A stretch of DNA of 64,000 nucleotides from Mytilus californianus. Its lineage: Eukaryota. Under the pieces are notes generated by a model that saw only the letters and a list, made by a program, of their open reading frames with translations, had not been told where the DNA came from and made no database searches. Of this stretch, positions 1-13,039 are shown piece after piece (the stretch's first letter is position 1; each line of letters starts with the position of its first letter). The position numbers were made by a program, and so were the translations under genes. Location: NCBI RefSeq assembly GCF_021869535.1, contig NW_026262593.1, forward strand, positions 29,574,001 to 29,638,000, written 5' to 3'.

Positions 1-286
1 TTTTCCTATATCTATGAAGTTAGTATGCACTTTTAAGTAAGCAAAGATATGAATATCAAGTTTAGTGAATTACTTTGTATAAAAATAAGGAGATGTGAAA
101 ACTTCAGACGATATTTTTTGAAAGACGTAATTTTCACCTCTAGATAAAAAAAAAACTATTCAGTTATGAGCTGTTGATGAAATACATATGAATATTTAAG
201 AAATAATTCAACGGACCAATAAGAAGTTTCTTTTTTTTTATCTGATTAAAGTTGCAATGAATAAAGTGAAATGTCGTCATTAAGTA

Positions 287-1100
287 AGTAGTGTGAAGCT
301 AGCGGTCGATAACAGCCGGCGTTAATATTCATGAGCCGTCAATAATATTCATGAGATGACTTGCGTTCGATGAAGTGTTGTTAGAAACTATGATCGATTA
401 TTATGATTAAATAACGTTTTTTTGTTAATATTTGATATTGTTTCAAACAGGCTAGTCAATGGGTGTCTTCTTCGAAGTCCGCGTTTATCTAATCAATTAT
501 AAAAAGGAACTATTGGTCTATTGCAAGGTCTGCGTCTTTTAACAACATTTAAAGTGAAAGTAAAAAAAAAGTTAAAGCTTTTATAAACATGGAACCAAGA
601 ACTGATCTACTCAAAATTCTGTGATTAGTGAAATAATGTAAACTGAAACAACAACAAATAAAAGGATGATTAAATATAGAAATTAAACGATTACTATCAA
701 TAAAGAAATTGAACGAAAAAGATGAAATATTCGTAATTATGAATCTTGAAAACGGGATATTCCACCGGACAAATAAAATAGAACAGTTCTTATAAATATT
801 TCTGACTTCTCGAAGTATTTAAATATTTAACAACTATAAATTACACGTAAACTGAAAGAAATAAAAGGAATTAATTGCCAAATGGGCATTCCATAATCTG
901 TTCGTTGTTTACAAATATAGTCCCATCTCAAAAGTACTACATATCGTAAATGCGATCGTTTATCATCCATTTTAAACAGACCAGACAAAAAAAAAGTTTC
1001 ACAAATACAGAAAAAAGAAGAAATAAAAACTGACAGTTACTTTATCAGTGACCTTTCATTATTAAAAACTACGGAGACCAATCAGAGTCTTAACAAAATC
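287..1100 (+). repeat. Left terminal inverted repeat (unique part) of the Polinton
   Basis: Reverse complement of ~7960-8735. Examples: ttaatattcatgagccgtcaataatattcatgaga vs tctcatgaatattattgacggc; tagtcccatctcaaaa vs ttttgagatgggacta; actacggagaccaatcagagtct vs agactctgattgatctccgtagt. Confidence 0.9.
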
Positions 1101-1112
1101 AGGTTGCCACTC

Positions 1113-1940
1113 AGAGGTAAGCATTGCCTTTAAAATGGCCCATTAGACTTATGCCCTAGACCCGTACGGGTTTGTTAGCAAAGAGTTAACAGGGGGATGG
1201 GCTATCCCGGTATATCACAAAGTCGAAATAAACTATTGCCGGCTGGCTAAACTAAGAGATTCTCTACGTAGGCCATTATACCAGAGATAGAGATAGTCAT
1301 TGCCTCTAAAAATAGCCCTTCGTACCTATGCCCTAGACCCGTACGAGTTTGTCAGCAAAGGTCAAGGTGAGTACTCTGGTTTATCACAAAGTCCAAATAA
1401 ACTATTGCCGGCTGGCTAAACTAAGAGATTCTCCACGCGGGCCATTATACCAGAGGTAGAGGTAGGCATTGCCTCTAAAATTGTCTATAGCACTTATGCC
1501 CTAGAGCCGTACGAGTTTGTCAGCAAAGAGTTAAAAAGGGGATGGGATACCCGGTATATCACAAAGTCGAAATAAACTACTGCCGGCTGGCCAAACTAAG
1601 AGATTCTCCACGTGGGCCATTATAACAGAGGTAGAGGTAGGCATTGCCTTTAAAATGGCCTATAGGACTTTTGCCCTAGACCCGTACGAGTTTGGCAGCA
1701 AAGAGTTAAAAGGGGGGTGGATACCCCGGTATATCACGAAGTATACATAAACTACTGCCGGCTGGCCAAACTTAGAGATTCTCCACGTGGGCCATTATAC
1801 CAGAGGAAGAAGTAGGCATTGCCTCTAAAATGGCCTATAGCACTTATGCCCTAGACCCATACGAATTTGTCAGCAAAGGGTAAGAGAAGTACTCTGGTAT
1901 ATCACAAAGTCAAAATTAACTATTGCCGGTTGGCCAAAAT
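1113..1940 (+). repeat. Subterminal tandem array, ~5 units of 168-177 bp
   Basis: Motif ccctaga(c/g)ccgtac recurs at 1154, 1331, 1499, 1674 and 1849. Confidence 0.92.
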
Positions 1941-3504
1941 AATCTCATCTGTCTTTGATATGAAATTTATCTTTCCCTTGCTTAATCCTAACTTTTTGCA
2001 GATATAAGCGTCTAACTCGCTCAAACTGTGAAATCGAATTGAATGAATTTTGATATTACAAATGCATTTCCTGTGAGCTGCATGGCGATATTTATCTGTT
2101 AAATGGTCATGGTCGCGAATTTTATCAGTTTTTAATTCTCCAACGCATATATTACAATGTTACACTTGAATCGAAAGACACATAGTCTTCATTCTTTATT
2201 CTCAAGCATTTGTATAAGGCCCCGATGGATTTGGTTGGAATGGAACCCTCAACGTACGGTTGTAATTTACAAATTTGATATGTACCTCCCTTTGGTAATT
2301 CTGTTTTTACAGACTTATGCTGACTGCAATACTTGCCGTGTTTTTCTAAGATGTCTTGTCAAGATCTGGTAAAGTGATTTAAACAGTGTCGACACCAAAA
2401 AGTGTTATGGCAATGCGTTGATACACGTGATCCTAAATTTGAGACAAAGGTCTTGATTCAACAGTAGTGTTGACTATCATTATTGATTACAAATAAAAGA
2501 TCTACTAGCATTCGTCTGATCCTTTACTTTTCGATATTTTTAAGGGATATGCTTCCTCTACCTCCTTATAAGAAAAACGTTTTACACTAAGATCATATCT
2601 AATCTTTCCAACTGATCAATCTCCTTGAGTGACACTAAAAATTCAGTGTCGACAAACTTGAATTCATCGGACCACTTTTGATATTGATCCTCTTTATTAG
2701 TATGATTTTGATTTGCCTCCTTATTATGTAGCGCGGATTGGAAATACTTTTGATCCTTATAAGGAACATTAATACAATGGTTTTCTTTTTGTGCTAATTT
2801 TTTGTGGAAGTTGTATATAAGAATTCCCTACTGGCGGATTAGTTTTTAATTTAGTTATTTTTATAATAATTAAACACTCCTAACCCCTTTTCTATCGTTT
2901 TAAATTGATTTTTGTTAAAAGTATTTTCTATGGGAAATTTTCTTTTGCTTTTTGTTTCATTTAGTTTGACTGAATCATTTTCCAAGTCTGCTGTACCTCA
3001 CTAATTCAGCCTTCTTGGCAATTTGACGCTGGTTTTTACCCTTTTAGCTACTTTATTTTTAGGAGTAAGGTCTTTATCCTTTCGCGAGATAAAAGGTCTG
3101 TTTTTTTGCCTCCAACATAATTCAATGGGACCTGGTTTTCTTTCACAAAACCTGTTTTTACGTATTAGCGGCGCTTTAAACGTTGTTATTAGTATCCTCC
3201 CAAATCCAACCTTCTTTTAGCCCCACATGTTGTACATATTTCTACACTTTGGTTTTTTTGTTATGTACATGCTCAGATTTAACTTCAGATTTCAAATCTG
3301 AATTAAAATCCTCTAAAAATATTTATAGTTTTCCATTTTACTTCTTGTTCAACTTGTTTAATGGTAGCCATTCCACTTTTTTCTTTGCACTAATTTATTT
3401 CATTACAAACAATATTTTTTTATGAACGGTGTTTGTTATTTTAAATATTGATTTCATGTTTTATCTACTCGTAGCACTTAAAAAAAACCAATTTTTAATT
3501 TAAA

Positions 3505-3938
3505 ATAAAAATATTTTCGAATCTAGATATGGTGCTTATGTTTGAAACATCAACCAGAGCAGGAGCTGCCATGATGACATGGTAAAGTTTATAATTCATG
3601 TATGGTTGATGATGACAAAACACAAATAATTAAATCCTCATCTTATTTAGATGCTAATAACAATTGTTGTGGGCGGGCTATGGCACATTTACCTAAAGGG
3701 GATTTTGATTGTTTAATCCAAATGTTAAAATGTCCAAAGATAATAATTATAAATACATGGTTAAATATATAATAAAAACTTTATGATGCACATAACGACT
3801 GTTCACTAGCACCAGAAAATGTTAAGATTAATAAGGTTGGCAAACTATTACCAACATAAAATAACTTTACAAAGTATGTGCTCTATTATAGAAATGTTAA
3901 ACAATATAATATCACTAGAAGAAATGAAATTGACTAAG

Positions 3939-3983
<45 letters not shown>

Positions 3984-4840
3984 TTATTAGTTTTGTTCAA
4001 TGCCTATTGCTAATATAAGTATAGATTTATATTATAAGTCTTAGATCTAAAGCCATGTCAGAATATGAAAAAAAAACTGATGATTTATTCTGTATTTTGA
4101 AAAACTATGGAGCATGTTTGCAAGAGAGTCGATGTGTAATTGGTCATCCGTAAAAAAACAAGCACTTAAATTCGTGGGTAAACCAAGTTTTGACAGTAGA
4201 GTAATTTTTACAGAACAGTTGATAGCCGTTCATAAGAAAAAGACTCCGCTTAAATTTGGCAAATCATTTTTGATTTGGGAGTTGTATTTGAGATCTTTTA
4301 AAAATACTAGTGTATGACTGTCATTACAATTTTATACGCAAGTTAAATGACAAGTTTAAGCATGTGTTTATAGATACAGATAGTTTAGCCCTGATATTCC
4401 AACGGATGATTTTTTACAAGGATATATCCCTCAATGTTCAAGACAAATTTGATACTTCTAATTATCCAAATAACCATTTATCAGGAAGTGCAACTGGTGT
4501 TAACAAAATAGTAATTAGCATTTTTAAAGATGAATTTGCTGGTAAAATACTGACCGAACTTGTTGGTTGAAGGGCCATAATGTACGCCTACATAGTAGAT
4601 GGTGTAATTACGAAGAAAGCAAAAGATTAATGAAAATGTGATTAGGAAAAATATTATTTTTGAAGAATAAATACCATGCTGGAATCACAATTGGAAATAT
4701 ACAAATCCATGAATATTAGTAGGAGTCCTCTTTCACTTTACTGAGGACATTCACAAGGTTGGATTGTCGGCTTAAGATTACAAGAGATACATCTAGACCG
4801 ATAGAATTCATACATTAGCTAATGAACATTACAAAGTTAA
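3505..4840 (+). pseudogene. polB: Polinton protein-primed family B DNA polymerase, C-terminal half, multiply frameshifted
   Basis: Motifs in order: LDMVLMFETSTRAG, YLDANN..GRAMAHLPKGDF, KLLPT*NNFTKYVLYYRNVKQY, KPSFDSRVIFTEQLIAVHKKKT, MYDCHYN..FIDTDSL (catalytic DTDS), FDTSNYP, NKIVISIFKDEFAG, KRYI..IHTLANEHY. An (AT)n tract interrupts it at ~3942-3980. Confidence 0.92.
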
Positions 4841-5619
4841 AAAAAAGTATCAAAGAAGTACAACTTATAAATTATAAATCATGATAATGAAAATAAAAGA
4901 ATTGGTTTCAGAAATTAGATCAGACGTCCAATAGGATGAATTTGGTAATCCAAAGTTTGAGCATCTATATTCTTTAAAGATTAACGGTTTTTAGAGAAAG
5001 AATATTCTGAATATCACGAAAAAGCTGATAAATTGATCTGTAATTTGATGCAGAACCACAGATAAATACAACTACTAGATACGTTAAGTCTTCCAAACAT
5101 AACATGTTTTGTGGTTAGAATATATATTTTGATATAATGACAATGAGTTTTTAATGTATATGATTGCAGAGCTTTTTACTACAAATGATAGGAATTACTC
5201 GTATGAAAAGAGGTTTAAAAAAACAATAAAAAAACTTTGAAAAAAATACAATCGACACATTAAGTAACTTACAAAAACGATAGAGAGCAAAGTAGACAAT
5301 TCTGACTTCAATATGCAACAAAAAACCGATGCACTAATGGGATGTTGGCGGTGGAAGAGAAAAATCAGGGAAAACCTGGGCAGTTTAAAGTTATTTGTTA
5401 AATGAAGTTAAATGTCAAGACAAAAACAAATTTAAATCTTTACAATATCCGCGGGGTAATATACCAATTTGTCATAGACTTCTTTTACTCAATTCAGGGG
5501 TCACCTTCGCAATACCCCTATCTATTTTTTTCCTTTAGCTGTAGGATTGGTGATACGATTGAGTTCACTTGACATTTTTTGTAATTTCGTATGAATGTAT
5601 CATTGTGTTTATAATAACA

Positions 5620-6250
5620 GGGATCATGTCGATAGACCGCAGACGACTTATTATTTGGACATCAGGAAGCAGCAAAGAAACTGCTAAAATCTACTCCTTC
5701 GATCCGATTGGATGGACTTTTGTTTGTATGTATTTGAAAAATCGCTACGACAACCGATCAACCAACTCTTGAGGACTGGTTTGGACGAAGGATTTTCTAA
5801 AGAAGACAATTATAATCTCATCTTTATCAAAACAAGTGTTCCTATTTGCTATCAGATTTGGTGAACAGTATACATTTATCACCTCCGAGACAGCCGAAAA
5901 GCATTGATTCATAATTCTTTTAACAAGACAGAGATGTACCTGATCCACGCGAACTCGACATGTGGCTGACAATTGATTGTATTTGATGATTTATTGTTGG
6001 GAAAACAAAACAAGTGTGAAGGTTTCTATGTTTGTGGAAGGCACAACCATGTCGACTCGGTATATCTCTCACAAAATTATCTCAAACTACCCCGACAAAC
6101 CATTCGAGAATACACTAACTTTATTTGTCTCTTCAAACAAAACACCAAGAATCTAGATCATATTTATCGAGATCTATGTAGTGCAATCACCTGAGGAGAG
6201 TTTGGTCAGCTTTTCCACATGGGTTTGTCACCATTGATCTCACTTCAGCC
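5620..6250 (+). pseudogene. Polinton A32/FtsK-like packaging ATPase relic
   Basis: Degenerate Walker A (RLIIWTSGSSKET), Walker B (IVFDDL), GRHNHVDSVYLSQNY.KLPRQTIRE..NFICLFKQ..KNLDHIY and C-terminal GFVTIDLTS. Confidence 0.88.
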
Positions 6251-6699
6251 AGCTCTACTACAACATTCCAATCCACTACATATTGTAGAGCATATCGAGA
6301 GTTTCGCATTCACCTATATTTGACAAAACCACAGATGCATTCCTAGAACATCTTACTTACCACCATCTCCTACTAAGTGTGATAGATCAAACAGAACACA
6401 CATTTGAATTGCAATCTGATAATCGTGGTATTCTTGTAGGAAACTCCTCTGTAATTTTTGTTTGGAATGAAATATTGTTGTTGGTTGTGTTATACGACGG
6501 AACCCCAGGACGGTTAGAAATTATTGTGAAGAAACGTGCCGATTCGGAGTCGGATGAATCTGCAAATTTAATGCACAACAGAGATGTTGTTAATTCTAGA
6601 AAAAAAATTGAAAGACAGTAGAGCCATGTACTATAGAAACTCTGTTCTCTCTGAAACTCCGAAATCGAGTAATCGTTTCCCTCACTTACAGATTTCAAG

Positions 6700-7040
6700 A
6701 CAACATGGTAGTGAATTACAACCCGTGTTACTGTCTTCTGATTTCAACAAGTTTTTGGATCGATTTGATCTTTGCAAAGCCTCGTATAAAACTGGCAACA
6801 ACAGGGTAAGAAATTGAATTGTTGCGATGGCTGATGCCATGAAATGCCAGGGATGGATTGGTAATGGGGAGTATGCTTTTGCTCACCGTCACTATGGTAT
6901 AAACTTGAAAACGTGGTAATCAGCGACAATATGTTTGTAAAGGCAAGAGCATTTACCTCTTCTGCTGTAAAAACTCTGGGAAGTAAAGCTGTGAATGCCA
7001 GCGGCAGTGCTGCTTTAAAAGACATAGAAAAAAAAGCCAA
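6700..7040 (+). pseudogene. Relics of small conserved Polinton ORFs of unknown function
   Basis: LLSSDFNKFLDRFDLCKASYKTGNNRVRN*IVAMADAM resembles the recurring Polinton motif P.DPNEL..RL.LL.AS..AGN....EI..I. It is followed by an Ala/Ser/Lys-rich segment (SSAVKTLGSKAVNASGSAALK). Confidence 0.55.
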
Positions 7041-7084
7041 TCATGAAGTTAATAAATTGACTACCTCTTAGAAGCTGAAAGCAA

Positions 7085-7380
7085 TGTCAATATACGACTT
7101 TGTACTACGCAACAACCCCACCAAAGCAATTACGCAACAACAACGCGCTAAAATATGGTTTTCATCAGCAACAGTGTGCACGTGGTTCCACAACCGTTTT
7201 CCAAAACACATAGTTACCTAGATATTATCTGCTCAAAGTGGTGGATACATTTGAAGGATCATTTTAGCCTTCCAAACTGACAAAAATAATGATCAGACTC
7301 ATAGTGCAGCCGTAATTGATCACTGTAGATGGAGAAACATCCTTGCAGTTCTTAATGCGCATTGCAATCTGTAGATTTCA
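7085..7380 (+). pseudogene. Fragment of Polinton major capsid protein
   Basis: LSAQSGGYI*RIILAFQTDKNNDQTHSAAVIDHC..RNILAVLN matches the capsid motif PR.II..FQT.K..DQ..N...FDH.....V.LN. Confidence 0.55.
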
Positions 7381-7454
7381 ATGTTGCCTTTACACAATGT
7401 AATAAATGTACATTATACAAAAAAAGTATTCGTCCTCCGAAAAAAAGTTTTTTT

Positions 7455-7945
7455 AGAGGCCATGCCTACCTCTACCTCTAATATAATTGCCCACGTGGAT
7501 AATCTCTTAGTTTGTCCAGCCGGCAATAGTGGTATTGGACTATGTGGCATACCGGGTACCCCCTACCCTATGCTGACAAACTCCTACGGGTCTAGGGCGT
7601 AAGTGCTATGGCCATTTAGAGGTCATGCCTATCTCTACCTCTGGTTTAATGGTCCACGTGGAGAATGTCTTAGTTAGGCCAGCCGTCAATAGTGAAGTTG
7701 GATTATGTGACATACCGGGTACCCTCCTCCTCCTATGCTGACAAACTCCTACGGGTCTAGGGCATTAGTAATATGGGCCATTTTGGAGGCCATGCCAACC
7801 TCTACCTCTGGTTTAATTGCCCACGTGGAGAATCTCTTAGTTTGGCCAGCCGGCAATAGTGGTATTGGGCTATATGTGTCATTCCGGGTACCCCCTACCC
7901 TTTGCTGACAAACTCTTACGGGTCTAGTGCATAAGTGCTAAAGGG
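7455..7945 (-). repeat. Inverted copy of the subterminal array, ~3 units of ~166 bp
   Basis: Reverse-complement motif tacgggtctag recurs at ~7585, ~7750 and ~7917. Confidence 0.9.
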
Positions 7946-7959
7946 CTGTTAATGTTGAG

Positions 7960-8735
7960 TTTAAAGACTCTGATTGATCTCCGTAGTTTTGAAAAATGAT
8001 ATGTCATCGAAATAGTAACTGATAGTTTGTATTTTTATTTATTTTTTTCATTAACTGTTAATTGTCGTGTTTGTCCGATCTGCATTAAATGGAAGAGATA
8101 CGATTGTATTTACGGCATGTAGTAATTTTGAGATGGGACTATATTTGTAGACAATAAAAAGAATATGGAATGCCCATATGACAATTAAGTCCATTTAATT
8201 CCTTTCAGCGTACGTGTAATGTATAGTTGTTAAATTACTAATGGCAAATATTTAAATACTTCGAGAAGTCAGAGATAATTATTTTCAAGAACCATATTTT
8301 TATGGATTGTTTGAGTGACTGTCCACTTTCTAGAAGCATGTGCATATTTCATCGCTTTTATTCAATATCTTTATTTACAGTAAACGTTAAATTTCTATTT
8401 TTAATCATTCTGTTATCTATAATTGATTCAGTTAACATTATCACATAATGTTAATGAATCGTTTCTTGGTTCTATGTGTATGCAGGCATTAACCATTTTA
8501 TTTACTTTCAATTAAATGGTGTTAAAAAAGCGCGGACCTTGCAGAAGACACCTATTGATTTAAGACTTTATATTTCTGTAAATAGCAGAACCATATTGGA
8601 TATTTACGGCAAAAAGTTATTTTATTGCCATAATACATTAATTACCCACACCACTTCATCGAACGCGGTCTTATCTCATGAATATTATTGACGGCTAGCC
8701 TCATGAATATTAACGCCGGCTAGCTTCACACTAGT
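7960..8735 (-). repeat. Right terminal inverted repeat (unique part) of the Polinton
   Basis: Inverted, diverged copy of 287-1100. Confidence 0.9.
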
Positions 8736-9361
8736 CATAAAAGTATGCAGTGAATCTCTGACACATGATGTCTATACATATTTCTAAACCATAAGAATTT
8801 CACACATGTTGCAAAATTAACCGGAACAAATCATTCAAAGTGCCGTTGTTTTTTTCTTTTCTTATTCTATGGAAAAACAAAGCATTTAATTCGTGGAAGT
8901 TCTATATGATCGTACTTACTCTATCAAGAAAGAAGGGTTTTGGTATTACAAAAAGATGTGCATTTTGGTGTCAGGCAATGTATACAAAGTTTTATTTGAG
9001 GTTTTGTGCCTTGTTAAGTTAAAGTAGTCTTAGGTTGGCTGGCGGAAATAAAAGGCTGAAAAAAAACATGTTAGGTTCTAATATTCTGATCGATTGCAGA
9101 GTTCTTATGAATTCATATAAGTTTATATGACACTTTGAAATAGAATCATTTCAGCAGCTGCTTGGCCAAATTTTTTTTTTCATAACTTCTAATAAATGTA
9201 ATATCTGTATTGATTTAGTATAACGATGTCAGTTCAAAATTAGAAGCCAGCATTTACACAGACAATATTCAGCTTGGATCATAGAACATGTTCATTCAAA
9301 AAGTCATGCATATGATTTATTATTAAAACAAATAATGTTAGAAATAAAGAGAAAGTTGGAC

Positions 9362-9437
9362 AAAAAAAAATAAAAATAAATGGTAAGGAATGGAAGATTT
9401 AATTCCATTCCTTACCATTTATTTTTATTTTTTTTTT
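9362..9437. repeat. Perfect 34-bp inverted repeat with 7-nt loop
   Basis: aaaaaaaaataaaaataaatggtaaggaatggaa-gatttaa-ttccattccttaccatttatttttattttttttt. Confidence 0.95.
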
Positions 9438-10299
9438 ACATTCTTTAACATGTCAGTGAACGGTATAGTTGATAATTAAGGTAAATAGTAGTAAGTGAAT
9501 GGTGTGGTTGATAATTAATGTAAAAAAGTTTTATATTGTTAGTGTCGTATAATGGTAGTTTAAGTAATCATTTTCAGAAACGGTGAGAGAACAAAAAGTA
9601 AATTAACAAAAATACTGATCTCCAAGGAAACGATATAATTCTTATTAATTAATATTGCCTATAAATTTAGAAAACACTCACCAACTGATACATTTCAAAG
9701 CAGTTTCATGAAATTCATACAATTTTAATTTATTCGAGTTCCAAAATTGCTTACAAAATAATTATGGAGATTTACGCGATGATTAATTCAATTGTATTGA
9801 TCAAATTGTCAAATCAGCCAACAATATGATAAAACGCAAATTTCAGAATATAAACTTTAGAAACCATGAACCCGTCTTTTTGCTAGGTTTTTTCAGGGTT
9901 TTGAATTAGTCTTAACATATATCCAAAACTATTTTTATAGCGCTTATATCAAATTGAGTCAGACATTTGGCGTTATATTGTTAGTACCTCAAAATATTGA
10001 CAACAACCTATACAACTGAAAATTCAGGTAAACTGCAGATACAAAACTTTGCAATAAAATAAAAAGAGGAGAAAAAAGAAGTACGAGACTTGTTTAAATG
10101 TTCTGATGAAAACAAAGCAACCAAGATGAATGTTTTATTAAGACAAATCTACATGCCTAATGTTGATATCCGTAAAACGATTCAGATCTACTTAATCATC
10201 CATTGAAATCACCTCATATTGACCATGCCTACTATTTTAAAAACAGTTTTGAGTAGGAACAGACCTGACGTTTACCTGGCAATATTTTGCTATGGAAGA

Positions 10300-10845
10300 A
10301 TAGGCGTTTGTAAAATAGAAGATGAAATTTACAAGGCGACATTCAAACTCTAAACTCTTAAGTCGAAATAGACTGACAAAGCTATGACAATAATCGAAAA
10401 ACGACGGAAAGACTAACGAGTTCACAAACACATTACATATACAACCAAAGACTGAACAAAACGAACCCAACCAAATGTGTTTTCTCATCGTTTAATTTGC
10501 GATTAAACAAACGTTTGCCTCACATGTTATGTAATAAAAAACCAAGAAATGCTGCTCGAAAAGAAACGGTTATTCGGCTTGATATATTAACTGAAACATC
10601 CAAGATTACTTCAACTTTAGAAGAGAGGCGAAAGATACCAAAGGGACACTCAAACTTACAAGTCGAAAACAAACTGACCATTCCATGACAAAAACGGAAA
10701 AGGATCAAAAGACAAACAACAGCATACACAACACAACACAGAAAACCAAAGACTGATCAACACGAACCCCACCAAATGCCGGGCGTGATCTCAGATGCTC
10801 CGGAAGGGTAAGCATATCCTGTTCCACATGTTTCACTCGTATTTA
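10300..10845 (+). mobile_element. Interspersed repeat family A (two adjacent copies)
   Basis: aaagataccaaagggacactcaaact..aaactgac..acgaacccc..gtgatctcagatgctccggaagggtaagc. The same sequence recurs at 18222, 46420 and 50548 (reverse) and partially at 54595, 57315 and 59455. Confidence 0.8.
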
Positions 10846-10959
10846 TCTGTCACCAGAATACAAAGAAAGAAATATACATAACGTTATCAAGATTAAAAAG
10901 TGAAGAAAAGTAAGATGACCTCCGCTTGCCAAACAATATGGCCACTATAGCTAAAATAG

Positions 10960-11800
10960 AACATAAGGGTAAAAGGCAAGTTTTGTCTATTATCTTGAAA
11001 ATCGCTATAGATAGAGAAATCTGACACGAGCAGAAATGTTTAAAATGTTGAGATCTACAATTGTCAATTTACACCAAAACTGTCAAAAGACTTCTTATAG
11101 GAATTATTGCCCTTGAATAACGAATTTTAACAATGTTCGTTTGATGTGTTTGAGCTTTTGATTTTGCCATTTGCTTAGGGACTTTTAGTTTAGAATTGTC
11201 CTCGGAGCTCGGTATTTTTGTTATTTTACTTTTTGCATATTTGCCTAATATCTTAAAAATTGTAATAGATAGGTAGAAACTGAAATCAGCAAATGTGATC
11301 AGCAAGACAGGATTAACAATAAAGTCAATTGGAGGGAATCGTCCGACAATTCCTTATTGGAGTTATTACCCTTTTATGACGATTTTTACCATTTTTTTTT
11401 GTTGGTTTTTGCCTTCTACCTTAAATATTTTAATAGATATATAGATACTTAAAACGCAAAAAGGATCAGCTAGATAAAAGCTACAATTAAGTCATATGAA
11501 GGAAATCGTAGGCCGACTCCTAAGTATAGATTTGGTCCTTTAATGACAAGTTTTACCATTTTTTGCGTTTGTCATATCTTAAAATTTATAAAAGATAAAT
11601 ATTTATATAAGCGAAAATGATCAGCAAGACAAGATCTACTTTTGCTGAAATCATTACTTGACACGTTATTAGAGTGATTGCCCTAAAATGACGAAACATT
11701 TTTTCCCTTTTGTGTTTTGGGTAAAAACTACAGAAGATGGTGAGAAATTGCAAACAGAAAAAAATGATCAGCAAAACAAGATTAACATAAAAGAGATTTC
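10960..11800 (+). repeat. Diverged satellite-like array with ~150-165 bp period, including a family C fragment (11130-11235)
   Basis: Motif aaatgatcagc(a)agacaagat recurs near 11295, 11460, 11615 and 11760. Confidence 0.6.
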
Positions 11801-12420
11801 TGTCCACAATGTTAGATAGTGTCCATTGTTGAAGATTTAGAGCCTCTAGTTTTATGAAATTATTGTTTTTCTGTGTTTTACAAGCAACTGGAGAAAACTT
11901 GGTAGCTGTAAATCAGGGTCAAACAACTTGACATTAATTGCCGTTGTAAGTGATTAAGGGCAAGTCATAGACATATGAAAAGCAATGTCAGGTTTTTATT
12001 TTGTGGCTACGCAGGGTGAAACAGACAGAAATAAAAACAGTTATAATAAAATGCCATTGTTAATTTGCTACAATGATGAACTTCCTAATTAAGTTTCATT
12101 CTTTGGTTGCAATATCATATTTTAACATAACAAGATTGTTAAACATAAATAAGAAAAATAAAATAATAAATGTGCTTTTGGGTGTGCATGGAAAATATTT
12201 CCAATAGACAAGAACTCATGTTATTGTGCTTCCCTTTGCCTATATTACCCTGTTAATTCTCGTACCACGGCTTTGAGACGTGAGCAGACATTATAAATGA
12301 CATCACAATGTCTGAGGAGAAGTTATCAGCGACATCCCAATGTGTGAGGAGACGTTATCAAGCTTGCTTTCGACCATTATAAAAAGTTACCAGTAATAGA
12401 ATTAAAAACAGTTTATCGGG

Positions 12421-12550
12421 TTTTCTAGGTATAGATATAATAAAATATCAGCCGCTCGACACAATGTGAACCTTTTTTGGTCGTTTGCGGCGCAAAATCG
12501 CCAAAAAGTTTCCCAGCAGCTGATATTTTACGATATCAATATGTAGAAAA
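12421..12550. mobile_element. Small MITE-like element with 32-bp imperfect inverted ends
   Basis: ttttctaggtatagatataataaaatatcagc ... gctgatattttacgatatcaatatgtagaaaa. Confidence 0.55.
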
Positions 12551-13039
12551 GCAGATAATTTATGCATGCAACTTGAAAATCAAAGAAACCAAGTCAGGTA
12601 AACATTAAATATGTGTATTAGTATTAGTCCAATTGCAGTAGGTTTGAACATAGCATTTCAATTTTTTTTACATTGATGCATAAATGAAATAATAAAATAT
12701 AGAAAAATTCAATGTTCATGAATAGTATAGGTTTTAGCTATCACTATCACTGTCCATAATGCAAAACGTTTATGTTTGTTCACTTTTTTCAAGTTGATGT
12801 TATCTTCCCGTTGCTGATCGGATGATGTTTCATTGTTGAAATTACCACCATGGAAGGTTGCATTCGTAAGAAGACCACTCATTGCAGCATACGAAAATTA
12901 GAATTCCCATTATAAATAGACTGATTACTGTTATTTTTACTAATATTTCTGTGAGACTGTTGAAGTAATTGTTTCTACAGGTTTAGTGGGTTTTTTTTTA
13001 ATTTTTATATTGTTAGATGGTTTGATTGGTTTCTTCTTG

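Larger units (their letters stand above)
287..8735 (+). mobile_element. Internally deleted, degenerate Polinton/Maverick element
   Basis: Long imperfect terminal inverted repeats starting AGTAGTGTGAAGCTAGC (287) and ending GCTAGCTTCACACTAGT (8735). They enclose relics of protein-primed PolB, a packaging ATPase and a capsid protein on the + strand. Confidence 0.9.

Noticed and set aside
277-8741. Exact 6-bp target-site duplication, integrase and protease for the Polinton
   Set aside because: The flanks give only tcatta/tcataa with shifted ends, and no rve integrase or adenoviral-type protease motifs were recognisable. They are not claimed.
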